Shown piece after piece: positions 29,014 to 38,626 of a stretch of 64,000 nt of DNA; the stretch's first letter is position 1; each line of letters begins with the position of its first letter. The notes under the pieces are model-generated. The model had not been told where the DNA came from and ran no database searches. It saw only the letters and a list, made by a program, of their open reading frames with translations. Source of the stretch: a virus (taxonomy: Duplodnaviria; Caudoviricetes); the IMG/VR virus record IMGVR_UViG_3300032007_000010, one strand, 5' to 3'. Made by a program: the position numbers and the translations under genes.

Positions 29014-32000
29014 ATGGCCAGAGCCCTTGGACTCTTTGCAAACCTGCTTGACGTGGACAAGTTTGTGTCGATCAATCGACTCCAGAGCTGCGACAATCCG
29101 GTCTACATCGACCGCAACGCGCCGACCGCAGACGGTGTTTTGTCCTATGAGATCTTCGGATCGTCAACCTTCGAACGCCAGAATCGCATGGCATACATCG
29201 ACCTTTCTCCGCATCACTATATGACGCCGCTGGCCGCGGCGACTCTCAATTCATACGATCGAACCCTCAACAAGATACTCTATTCCCAGGGGCGCTACCG
29301 CTTCGAGGATGGGAAGCTCATCGAAGATTTCGTAAATGGTGAATCTGGTCCAGATTTTCTCTATGAGATATGGGGGAAAGTTAAGGTCAAGGACAAGGAG
29401 ACCATCACCACCAAGGAGGTCCAGAAATTCTTCGAGGTGCCGAGGGAACAGCTATTCATCGATAAATTTCCGATCATTCCGGCCTTCTATCGCGATCTCA
29501 ATGTGTCTGGTGAGGGTGCCTACATCAAGAAGAGCTCCAACGTGATCAACTCGCAATATTCATCCATGATTGCCTACACGAAGACGCTGCGCAAATACAC
29601 CGATACCTTCGGTCACATGGCCAACCTCACCCAGAGTCGCATCCAGTCCGTCATGGTCGATATCTACAATGCACTCATGGTCCAGCAGGTCAAGGGCAAA
29701 CCCTCAAAGTTTGGACTTATCCGGAGAGCCATGCAGGGAAAGAATGTCAACTATTCCGCACGTCTGGTCATATCGTCTCCGATCCTTCAGAGATCCTCTT
29801 ATCGTGACGTGATGGTGAAGTTCGGTACGGCTGTGGTGCCACTGGCCTATACGATCACATGTTTCTTCCCGTTTGTTGTTCATCACATGAAGCGCTTCTT
29901 CGATCAGGAATTCTTGCAGGGTGGTAAATATCCGTATCTCGACGATCAAAAACAGCTCAGATATACCACCATCACGCGGTCCTATTCGGAGAATGAAATC
30001 ACCGATATGATCACACACTATCTCAATGTTCCGGCGGATCGTCACAACACCGTGCTTACTCCGGAGGATGTGCAGGGAAGACGCTTCCCCATGCTCATCA
30101 CCGGGAAGTTCGGTCAGGAAAACACCACGATCACGCGCCTGGCAACGATCACCGATATTCTCTACATCGTTGCCAAGATTGCCACCGAGGATAAGCATGT
30201 GTTCATCACACGCTATCCACTCGACAACTACAATGGTCAATGGCCTGGCAGAGTCGAGATTAGCACCACGGTGCGTACGACTCCCGCCATCATCGGAAAC
30301 AAATACTATCCATTCTTTCCGATATGTGAGGGCGATCCTGCCAACAACTTCATCGATACTCTTCAGTTTAGCAACACCATGCTCGGTGCCATGAACGGGG
30401 ATTACGAGATGACAGTGACTCTTCATAGTCCCCTGCGGGAGCGATCCCGTAAGAACAAATCAGTGAACGCTTCACAAGCGGTGTGGGCGCAAGCCTGCTA
30501 ACGGTTTCACTCATAATAAGTCGGGACCAGAGAGTCGTTCAGCCTGGTCACACCAAACCGATGAATGCGGTGACTAAGAGAGCCTGAAGCCTCCGACGAG
30601 GCCATATGGGAATACCGTGCCAATAACCGGATGGGAACGTCCGGGGACGGGTGTAGAGGCCATGGGTTTAATCCCATTAGGATCCGGTTGCGGCCGGACA
30701 CCGAAGTGCTGAGCCTCGGAGAGCAACGGAACCCCGAGGAAAAGAGATGGTCCGGAGTCAGATTAAATCACGCAGATCAATGGTAGGAAGATTCCACTCT
30801 TCACAGAATATATTAACATCAATAAGACCCTGTCGATATCTAACAAGACTCTTCTTTGATAAATTATTACGTGAGGTGCTATGAAGCTTAGCATAAACAA
30901 CTTCTTCTGCGCGCTTACGTCGCTTATTGGCATTCAATTCAAAGAAAAGGTATTGTTCTACTCGCTTTCCAGTCTTCATTGACCTGGATATGTGTGATCT
31001 ATCTTTTGATAGGTATTGACCGGCAGATTTTTTACTGAGTACGACCCAGGTTCCTTTGGTATCTGTATCATACATTATTATCGGGTCTGATTTAGTAAAG
31101 TTCATTATCATCTGTGTACGCTTATCGGTTCCACGTTGAATCGGTGTCATTTTACTATGCCACTGCTTCGACAGCGTATTGTATCCATATCTCGGGTTAT
31201 CTGTTTTGAATTTTGCAATATAATGAGCTTCTCTATCTGCTCGATAATCTTTGTTGAGAAGTCGTACATCGTTATATTCTGATTCGAGAATAATAGGTAC
31301 AAAACATTCTGAACCGATTTGATGTATCGGTGAGTTTGAATCAGTCTTGTGTTCTGTGAGCCTTCTGAGTACATTACCAGATTCGCCTATATACTTCATA
31401 CCATTGACAGTATTGTACAGCATATAGACACCCGCGAAACTTTTGAGCTTACCCATCTAATAATACCACCTTTCTATACGGTATCTCAGTAAATATATGT
31501 TGTACAGTTCATTTAATACGTGACATCGTATGACGGAGTTGACGCCAGGCAAGGTGTCTGTTCGAGGAATGAAATGAGGAAGTAACGTTCCGAAGCATTC
31601 CCTCTAATATCCGGGCAATGGAGCTGGTGACAGCTCGGTTGTAAGACCGGTGAAGTCGCGTCTCGAGCGCGGGAGTCAGATCGACATGGTGAGGAACACG
31701 AACATCCTCACGGATGGCTGGACTTGGACGAGTAGTCTTGTCTCTGTTGCGAAAGTCCTCTTTGGCTCATGGGGCCAATGCTACAGACCAGTCATGTAAT
31801 AGGATGCACCTAAATCGATCTTATGATAGAACAGATGCAACCTGGGAGATCTCATTGTTCCAAATGAACCATGAGAAGTCGGAGGGGTCATAGTACCGAT
31901 GAAGTCGCCAATCACGATGGAGGGAAGGACCCTAGCGGGTGATGTTTATCACCCGGTGAAAGCCGAATATGGGGAAACTCGTACGTTCGGTTTGGCCAGA

Positions 32001-32260
32001 GGAAAGACCAGGAGGGAAGCCGGCTGGTTATACATCTGGAACACACTGTATCTCTGCGTCCAGTTTTTACCAAGGAAGCCAATGCCGAATGCGAAGAACG
32101 TATCAAGAGCATTGCCTACATCCTCAATATCGAGGGTGAAAACATGCGTGAAATGAGCAGAGATTTTAGTCTATGCTGCTACAATCTCACGGTTCCATTC
32201 GGTGACATGCCTATCAGGCTGGCAGATGTCAATGCGACAAAACCAAAGTATTCCATATGA
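29014..32260 (+). CDS. Phage multisubunit RNA polymerase beta' N-terminal subunit, spliced: join(29014..30402,31529..31538,32043..32260), about 538 aa
   Basis: GVLSYEIFG..RMAYIDL, GKNVNYSARLVI, RYP. Splicing gives MNGD|YDG(G|AC)TV = NGDYDGDT, the catalytic DxDGD motif, and an open frame to TGA at 32260. The start could be 29005, 29008 or 29014. Confidence 0.88.
30403..31528 (+). ncRNA. Group I intron in RNAP beta' (1126 nt) containing an antisense homing endonuclease
   Basis: P1 GGGGAT/GTCCCC (U-G at 30402), P10 TCATA/TATGA, terminal G31528, P7 GAGGCCA/TGGTCC. 96 nt are identical to nrdD intron 2. Confidence 0.88.
30758..31456 (-). CDS. GIY-YIG homing endonuclease (intron-encoded, antisense)
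   Basis: AGVYMLYNTVNGMKYIGES..RLTEH..REAHYI..GYN. AT-rich, with its own RBS (AAGGTGG). Confidence 0.85.
   Translation of the reverse strand: MGKLKSFAGVYMLYNTVNGMKYIGESGNVLRRLTEHKTDSNSPIHQIGSECFVPIILESEYNDVRLLNKDYRADREAHYIAKFKTDNPRYGYNTLSKQWHSKMTPIQRGTDKRTQMIMNFTKSDPIIMYDTDTKGTWVVLSKKSAGQYLSKDRSHISRSMKTGKRVEQYLFFELNANKRRKRAEEVVYAKLHSTSRNNLSKKSLVRYRQGLIDVNIFCEEWNLPTIDLRDLI
31539..32042 (+). ncRNA. ORF-less group II intron (504 nt) in RNAP beta'
   Basis: Domain V AAGCCGAATATGGGGAAACTCGTACGTTCGGTTT (~31959-31993). Domain III-like GAGAAGTCGGAGGGGTCATAGTACCGATGAAG...GGAAGGACCCT. 3' end AC. EBS1 CTCTGTT (31742-31748) pairs with exon GACGGAG. Confidence 0.85.
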
Positions 32261-32270
32261 TACACATCAA

Positions 32271-32294
32271 TCCCCTCCCGATCCTGGGAGGGGA
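32271..32294 (+). terminator. CCCTCCC/GGGAGGG hairpin family terminator, representative copy
   Basis: Same stem at 15151, 28918, 48987, 49553, 54511, 55837. Confidence 0.7.
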
Positions 32295-32357
32295 TTTTCA
32301 TTTCACATTTCACGACGACATTTTTATAATGTGAAATGAAAAGAGGAGCTTTCCTTC

Positions 32358-35300
32358 ATGCCTAACATCTGGGTATCCACGGATCTTCATCTGTGGAATA
32401 ATTACACCAAAAAACATTCGCGTCCCTTCCGCAGCGAACGTGAGTTCAAGGAATTGAGGGATGCCTACGCCGAGATCGGAGAATCCGACATTTGGATTTT
32501 CCTCGGAGATCTATGTGACGAACCAACATCACACCGAGAGGAGCTCGGTGACTTCATCCGCAGCATCAACGGTCATCGCATACTCGTCAAGGGGAACCAT
32601 GATGTGCAGACTGATGAGTTCTATCACAGCATCGGCTTCGAATATGTCTGTGATATCTGCGAATATCACGACCTGGTGTTCTCGCACCAGCGTCTCAGGG
32701 TCAGCCCGAACTACATCAATATCCATGGTGATGATCATCTTGAAAAGCACAGACTAAACGATGGATGCCACATCAACGTCTATGCCGATGATCTCGTCGG
32801 CAAACCGATCATGCTCGATGAGCTCCTCGATCTGAGCGGTGCGATCTCCCAGGATCTCGATGCCAAGGATCATCAGATGACCAACACCAAGGGCTGGTCA
32901 TACCCGGATCCCTCGGTGTTGAACCGAGAGGATGGGAAACCGATCGTCCTCGATCTCTGTCTCCTCATCAAACCGTATCCGATGGATGAATCCGTCGATG
33001 AGTGCGATTCCGAGGACGACTACGAGGATCGAATCCTCGACGAGATCCTCTTCCAGGATGTGGAACAGACCAAAGATTTCGAAACCGACGATCACAAAGA
33101 TGAAAAGAAGCCTCATCGGATCCATGGCAAGAATGATGTGGTGGCCGAACGTCCAACCTCCATGGATGATGGTGAGGTGTGTGTTGACGAATCCATCGAT
33201 GGTCTTGCTGACATCTTCAACGAGGCCTTTGGTCACCTCACACAGTATTACCGCGTTGCTCCCGGCAACATGGATGGCGAGACGGTTCACCCGTCCATTC
33301 CTCAAAACTACTTCACCAAGCACGGCTACGAAGACAATGAGACTCCGAGGATATGCTTTTCGACTTCGATCGGCGGATGCCTCACGGCTCTTTCGCGCAA
33401 TCTCACCGACGAGATTCTCTATGTGCATGTGCCAGAGGAACTTCCTCCAGGATGTACCATATATCACCCCACCACGGCACAGGTTCCAGATTGCAAGCTC
33501 ACCGGTGAGGTCTGGCTTGACAAACCGTGCAAACTCTCGTGCATCGGCAAGATCAAGTGTCATCCGACCAGAGGAGTCGGCAAGAAGTTTAGATACGGTG
33601 ATGGTCGAATCGCAACGCTCTACAGCTGGATGTTCGAGTGGCTCGAGCGCTATGACCAGAAGAAGGAAAAGAAGCCGACCAACGAATCGGTCGAACTCAT
33701 CGACGAGGCGGCAAGAACTCGCAGTCTCTGGCGCGATAAGCTCTTCGGCGGAAGGTTGTTTGGCCGTCTGGCTTCGAATCTCTTCGTCAAGGTGACAATC
33801 GAAGATGGACACATCGAGATCCGTGGCATCAACTGCAACCTCTTGCTCCAGCGCATCAAGGAGAAATATGCCGAGGGCAAACTCCGCTACATCTTTGAGT
33901 GCAAATACAACGAGAAATCGTGGAAGGCATTCCAGGCAAAGAAAATCTCTCGTGGGCAAATGAAGATAGACTACGTCTATGCGCCGGAATTTTTCTGTCT
34001 AGAGTTTGTCACGTTGTTTAGAGAGCTTGGCGAAGCCTACGGTGATCGTTCCTATCTGCACATCGCCGAACTCATCTATGAAAATAGCTGGCTTTCGCAC
34101 GCGGATGAGATACGGGTCGACGATCTCAATCTCGAACCGCTCGGTTCCATTCGTCTTGAGCTTCTCGATCATCAGGTCGAGTTCATCCGCCAGTGGAATC
34201 AACTCAAGGCGCAGCTCAACCTCAATGGATATGTGCTCGCTTTCCAACCGGGCAAGGGAAAGACTCTCACCGCGGTTGGGCTGGCCCAGTGTCTGCACGC
34301 AAAACGCATCTACATCGTTTGCCCGAACAACCTCAAGGATAACTGGGCCCTCGAGCTAAGAAAATATTTTCAACGATACCAAAATATGAGAACTTGGATG
34401 GACGAGGTTTGTATTCTCGGCACGCCCAACGCCAAGCCCGAGACCGCGCGCTGGATCATCACGAACAATGAAAATATCAAGCTCATGCAGGCCGTTGCAG
34501 AGAATGATCCCGATGCGATGCTGATTCTCGACGAGTCTCACAATTTCCGCAACTACACCGGTGGTCGTGCGCAGGAGCTCTTCAAGCTCGCCGACACGAT
34601 CGGTTCGCACAACGTGCTCTGCATCTCTGCCACACCGATCAAAGCCGCACCGGCCGAAATTACTCCGGTGTTGAGGCTCATTGACCCCACCTTCACGGAC
34701 GAGGCGGCTTCCATGTACAGTCGCTGTTTCAGTCTCAACGAGACCGAGGCCATGAGCCTTGTGGCCACACGCTTTGGTAAGGTCATATACAGACCGCTCG
34801 ATGTCAATGTCCAACTTCCACCCAAGAATGAGCATGTGCTCGAGTTCTCGGCCGCACAGGAATCTCGCTACTACCTCAGCACCGTGCACGACGAGATCAT
34901 TGCCGATTTCAAGACTCGCCACGGCCAATGGGTCAAAGAATCCCGTGATGATATGGAATGGTTCCAGCAGACCGTGAGAACCTATTCTGATACCGATCGT
35001 CGCACCACAAATGGATATCTCGGATGGGTTATCTGGAGCTCCAATTCGCTGCGCAACGGTGGTGGAGAGGATTACCATGAACTCACGGTGGAGGAATACA
35101 TGCACTTCCTCGAGGACCATGTGCTCAACAACAAATGGTGCATCGGTGAGGATCGCAATCGGCTCATTGAACTGGAGCTCACCTTCCGCAAGGCGGCCAA
35201 GGTCTCCATGGGCAAGGCCATCGGGTCTATCCTTCCTCCGCGTCGCAACGAACTCTACACAAAACTCTTTCGTGAAAACACCGACCAGATTGCCGAGATG

Positions 35301-38300
35301 ATCCGAAATCGCACCAAGAAGACCATCATTTTCTCTACGATGGTGCCGGTTGTCAATGTCATCGCCGCCGGTCTCAATGGACTCGGTATCGGAACCGTGA
35401 AGATCACCGGCGAAACCAAGGACAGACTCTCCACACTCACCAAATTCAAGGAAGATCCTAGCACGCTGGTCATGGTGGCCACCTCCCAGTCACTCGGAGT
35501 GGGTGTTACTCTCACCGAAGCATCTCAGCTCTTCTACTTCGGTACACCCTGGAGATCCACCGACTATGAGCAGGCCTCCGATCGCATCTGGCGCATCGGC
35601 CAGACCGACCCAGTGGATATCTACACGGTGAAGATGAAATCCAAGGAGAAGAACCTCTCCGACCGCATGCAGGATATCCTCGACTGGTCTGCGCGCATGT
35701 TCGGCGTTGCCGTGGATGGTCAGGAACAACAGGAGCTCGTCGAGGCCGTGAACTATGTGCGCTACGTGGATCCCCATGTATGGGAACCCACCGAGGAATA
35801 TCTGGTCGAGAGCATGGTGAAGAGTGTTCCGGACATCTACTACAACAAGGAAGCCTTCGACAAGGGTGAGATCAATCTATGCTTCATCACCGGGCATTCG
35901 GGATCTGGCAAGTCCACCATGGGGAAATCCATGGAATCGAATGATAAGTCCAAGAAAACAGACTGGATCAACATGGATGATTGTCAGGTGGTGGCCGAGA
36001 AGTTCACCATGGACAACCTCAGAGAGTATTCGGGCCTTATCTACAGCTTCTTCGCCGGTCCTGGCAAGGACTTCTACATCAATAACTCCGACGAGCAGTA
36101 TGCCGAACTCTGTCGAAAGCAGCACATCGGAAACGAGGAGGGCGCCTACGAGAAAGCTCTGTTCACCAGATTTGTGGACTACGCGATCACCTATGCCAAC
36201 TCACACAAAGATCAACGATTCGTGCTCGAGGGAATCTGGATGTTTCTCTTCATCGAACCCGGAAAGCTCAAAGACTATGCGGTCTACATCAAGGGGACAT
36301 CCGCTCTGCTATCCAAGTGGAGAGCGGATCGACGTGACATTGCCAATGATGTTAGAAGCGAGAAGGGTGCGGTGAACAAGGTCAAGCGCCTGGCCAAGGA
36401 TATTGTCATGGCCAATCGTCGCAGCAGCTATCTCAGCTACAAGGATTTCGACAAGAAAATCACCGCCTGGCAGAATTACTATGGTCCTCTGGCAACGAAG
36501 CAACTGAACGAAGAAACCATAGAGATTCCGGCCGACACACCGGTGCATATTCTTGACATGAACGACTTCCATCGCATTGCTCGCGATTATGACGCCAGAG
36601 TGCGCCCCATCATCCAGGGTGATCCGATCATCAATGAGAGTACCAACAATGATGTGCGAGACATCAAGACCATCATCTCTAATCTCTCCAAGGAAGAGTC
36701 TGATCATGTCGGAGGCGGTTATTGGGTTGAATCGGATCATGTTATCTATCGCAAGATCGAACGGATCGATTCTAGCCCGGTAGCATTCATCGATGTGTAT
36801 TTGCTTCCGAAGTTCCCGAGAAAGGGGCTCGTGGTACTAGCGGTATCCAAGGATGCTCGCGGCAAGGGAATCGGGAAGAAACTGGTTGCTGGAGCCATCT
36901 CAGCGCTGAAATCCAGCAAAGATATCGATGCCCTGCGCTGGCTCGCGGATAACGACAATGAGGTCAGTCTAAAGATGGCGGTGGCCTGTGGTTTTGTCAA
37001 GACGAAGGTGATGAAGAGCGAGACTGAATTCATATATCAGCTCCACGAACCGATGTCTGAAGATGCGGCGGATCTTAGGGGTTATACTCGTGAGGAACAG
37101 GAGGACTACGCCAAGAAACATGGTATCAAATCCCCTGGTCATGATGTGGAGGCCGACAAGAAGATCAAGGAGTATGAGGATCCGGAGGATAAGCAGCGCA
37201 AACGTTATCAGCAGCAGCTTGACAGTCTCAAGAAGGCACGCAGGGTGAAGAAACACAAGCGTCGCGTGCGCAAGGTCAAGGAATTTTTCGGAATCGGATC
37301 GAAGGACCAGAAGAATACGTCACAGACCCAGAACAAGAATGAGGATGTGACCATGACTGTTCCGGGCAATCGAGGCGAGAACAATTACTTCGACAAGGCT
37401 CTCGCCAACGAGGCGGCGGTTGCATTGCCGGTCAATATCAAGTTCTCGACAAAGCCAGCCACAGATACCACACTCACGTATGGTTTCGTGCTGCTCACCA
37501 GAGAATATATTGGTTATTCCTCGACTTGTCAGCTCAGCAACGGATTTATTATTTCGGCCAAGGATGGAAGCGTTGCACGCCAACTCTACGATATTCGTCC
37601 GGACGGAAATAAGTGGTTTACCATCCACATGGTCCTTCTCACCACCGATGAACTTCGGTGTCTTCGTGATCGTCTCGAGGATTGTCTGTCCCAGAAGGTA
37701 AAACTATCCATCAATGAGAAACTCCTTGATAACGCCGTGGACGAAACCGATGACGATGGCATAGACTTTGTCAAGGGATTCATTGGAGCACTCATCGGTG
37801 CTAACTGTGAAGCCATCCCGGTGTTCGGAGGTCGTGGAAATACGACTAACGTATACTCACCCTTGCACATGTCATCCAGAGCCATTCTGAGACTTGCACG
37901 TCTCGCCAGGAGCAGTATGGAGGCCCGTGAGAACGGAAATTGCATGAATGCGGCCCTGAATCCCTTTGATCTATATCAGGATGACACGCTTTTATACAAA
38001 GCAAGGGTCTGTTCTGATGACGAGTGGGATCGCTACACTGAGAACATCGTGAGCCTAAAACTTCGTTTCCGCAATGGTCGCACCGTCGTCACACGTCACG
38101 AGTACCTGGTGCTGTTTAGGCGCAACGCACTCCTCCGCACCTGCTGCGATAGAGCCCTCGATGCTGAGGATCTCGCAAGGATTCGCGATGCGGTGGAGCA
38201 CTATGGATATTTCACCAACGTGCTCAATCTCTACTTCAGCCCAAACTTTGGTGGAATCCCACAGTTCGAGGATAACATCGTTGCCGCAGACATGGCCAAA

Positions 38301-38459
38301 CTCGTGGTGACGGCCAACGAAGCATTTGCCGGCTACCATCGCAAGCTCGTGGAGCGCGGCGAAACGATCAAAGAACACGGTGATGATCCGTGGATTCTGC
38401 GCTCCAAGAACCTCGTCCAACCATCGGGTGAACTCACACTGCTCGATGTTGTGCTCTGA
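32358..38459 (+). CDS. 2033-aa multidomain protein: metallophosphoesterase, ART-like domain, SNF2 helicase, P-loop kinase, GNAT acetyltransferase, unknown C-terminus
   Basis: DLH/GD/GNHD/H/HG; PRICFSTS..TGEVW; QPGKGKT, DESH, SATP, GVGVTL, QASDRIWRIGQ; GHSGSGKST; LAVSKDARGKGIG..N..S..CGF. Late promoter at 32317. Confidence 0.85.
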   Translation: MPNIWVSTDLHLWNNYTKKHSRPFRSEREFKELRDAYAEIGESDIWIFLGDLCDEPTSHREELGDFIRSINGHRILVKGNHDVQTDEFYHSIGFEYVCDICEYHDLVFSHQRLRVSPNYINIHGDDHLEKHRLNDGCHINVYADDLVGKPIMLDELLDLSGAISQDLDAKDHQMTNTKGWSYPDPSVLNREDGKPIVLDLCLLIKPYPMDESVDECDSEDDYEDRILDEILFQDVEQTKDFETDDHKDEKKPHRIHGKNDVVAERPTSMDDGEVCVDESIDGLADIFNEAFGHLTQYYRVAPGNMDGETVHPSIPQNYFTKHGYEDNETPRICFSTSIGGCLTALSRNLTDEILYVHVPEELPPGCTIYHPTTAQVPDCKLTGEVWLDKPCKLSCIGKIKCHPTRGVGKKFRYGDGRIATLYSWMFEWLERYDQKKEKKPTNESVELIDEAARTRSLWRDKLFGGRLFGRLASNLFVKVTIEDGHIEIRGINCNLLLQRIKEKYAEGKLRYIFECKYNEKSWKAFQAKKISRGQMKIDYVYAPEFFCLEFVTLFRELGEAYGDRSYLHIAELIYENSWLSHADEIRVDDLNLEPLGSIRLELLDHQVEFIRQWNQLKAQLNLNGYVLAFQPGKGKTLTAVGLAQCLHAKRIYIVCPNNLKDNWALELRKYFQRYQNMRTWMDEVCILGTPNAKPETARWIITNNENIKLMQAVAENDPDAMLILDESHNFRNYTGGRAQELFKLADTIGSHNVLCISATPIKAAPAEITPVLRLIDPTFTDEAASMYSRCFSLNETEAMSLVATRFGKVIYRPLDVNVQLPPKNEHVLEFSAAQESRYYLSTVHDEIIADFKTRHGQWVKESRDDMEWFQQTVRTYSDTDRRTTNGYLGWVIWSSNSLRNGGGEDYHELTVEEYMHFLEDHVLNNKWCIGEDRNRLIELELTFRKAAKVSMGKAIGSILPPRRNELYTKLFRENTDQIAEMIRNRTKKTIIFSTMVPVVNVIAAGLNGLGIGTVKITGETKDRLSTLTKFKEDPSTLVMVATSQSLGVGVTLTEASQLFYFGTPWRSTDYEQASDRIWRIGQTDPVDIYTVKMKSKEKNLSDRMQDILDWSARMFGVAVDGQEQQELVEAVNYVRYVDPHVWEPTEEYLVESMVKSVPDIYYNKEAFDKGEINLCFITGHSGSGKSTMGKSMESNDKSKKTDWINMDDCQVVAEKFTMDNLREYSGLIYSFFAGPGKDFYINNSDEQYAELCRKQHIGNEEGAYEKALFTRFVDYAITYANSHKDQRFVLEGIWMFLFIEPGKLKDYAVYIKGTSALLSKWRADRRDIANDVRSEKGAVNKVKRLAKDIVMANRRSSYLSYKDFDKKITAWQNYYGPLATKQLNEETIEIPADTPVHILDMNDFHRIARDYDARVRPIIQGDPIINESTNNDVRDIKTIISNLSKEESDHVGGGYWVESDHVIYRKIERIDSSPVAFIDVYLLPKFPRKGLVVLAVSKDARGKGIGKKLVAGAISALKSSKDIDALRWLADNDNEVSLKMAVACGFVKTKVMKSETEFIYQLHEPMSEDAADLRGYTREEQEDYAKKHGIKSPGHDVEADKKIKEYEDPEDKQRKRYQQQLDSLKKARRVKKHKRRVRKVKEFFGIGSKDQKNTSQTQNKNEDVTMTVPGNRGENNYFDKALANEAAVALPVNIKFSTKPATDTTLTYGFVLLTREYIGYSSTCQLSNGFIISAKDGSVARQLYDIRPDGNKWFTIHMVLLTTDELRCLRDRLEDCLSQKVKLSINEKLLDNAVDETDDDGIDFVKGFIGALIGANCEAIPVFGGRGNTTNVYSPLHMSSRAILRLARLARSSMEARENGNCMNAALNPFDLYQDDTLLYKARVCSDDEWDRYTENIVSLKLRFRNGRTVVTRHEYLVLFRRNALLRTCCDRALDAEDLARIRDAVEHYGYFTNVLNLYFSPNFGGIPQFEDNIVAADMAKLVVTANEAFAGYHRKLVERGETIKEHGDDPWILRSKNLVQPSGELTLLDVVL

Positions 38460-38626
38460 TACCTACCTACTCTCCTTTCAAAGGCACCCGGGGCCCCTTG
38501 TGGTTCCGGGTGTCACCTTTTCCTGACACATAATTCGAAACGGACTATATATTATAGCAATGAAACTCCGAAGGGAGATGGCCAGTCTCTTCGAGGTTAT
38601 CCAATAAACATAGGAGGAAACAAACA

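Noticed and set aside
30403-30501. RNAP ORF tail YEMTVTLHSPL... and ORF 31899..32156
   Set aside because: Read-through into intron sequence; the real C-terminal exon is in another frame (32043-32260)
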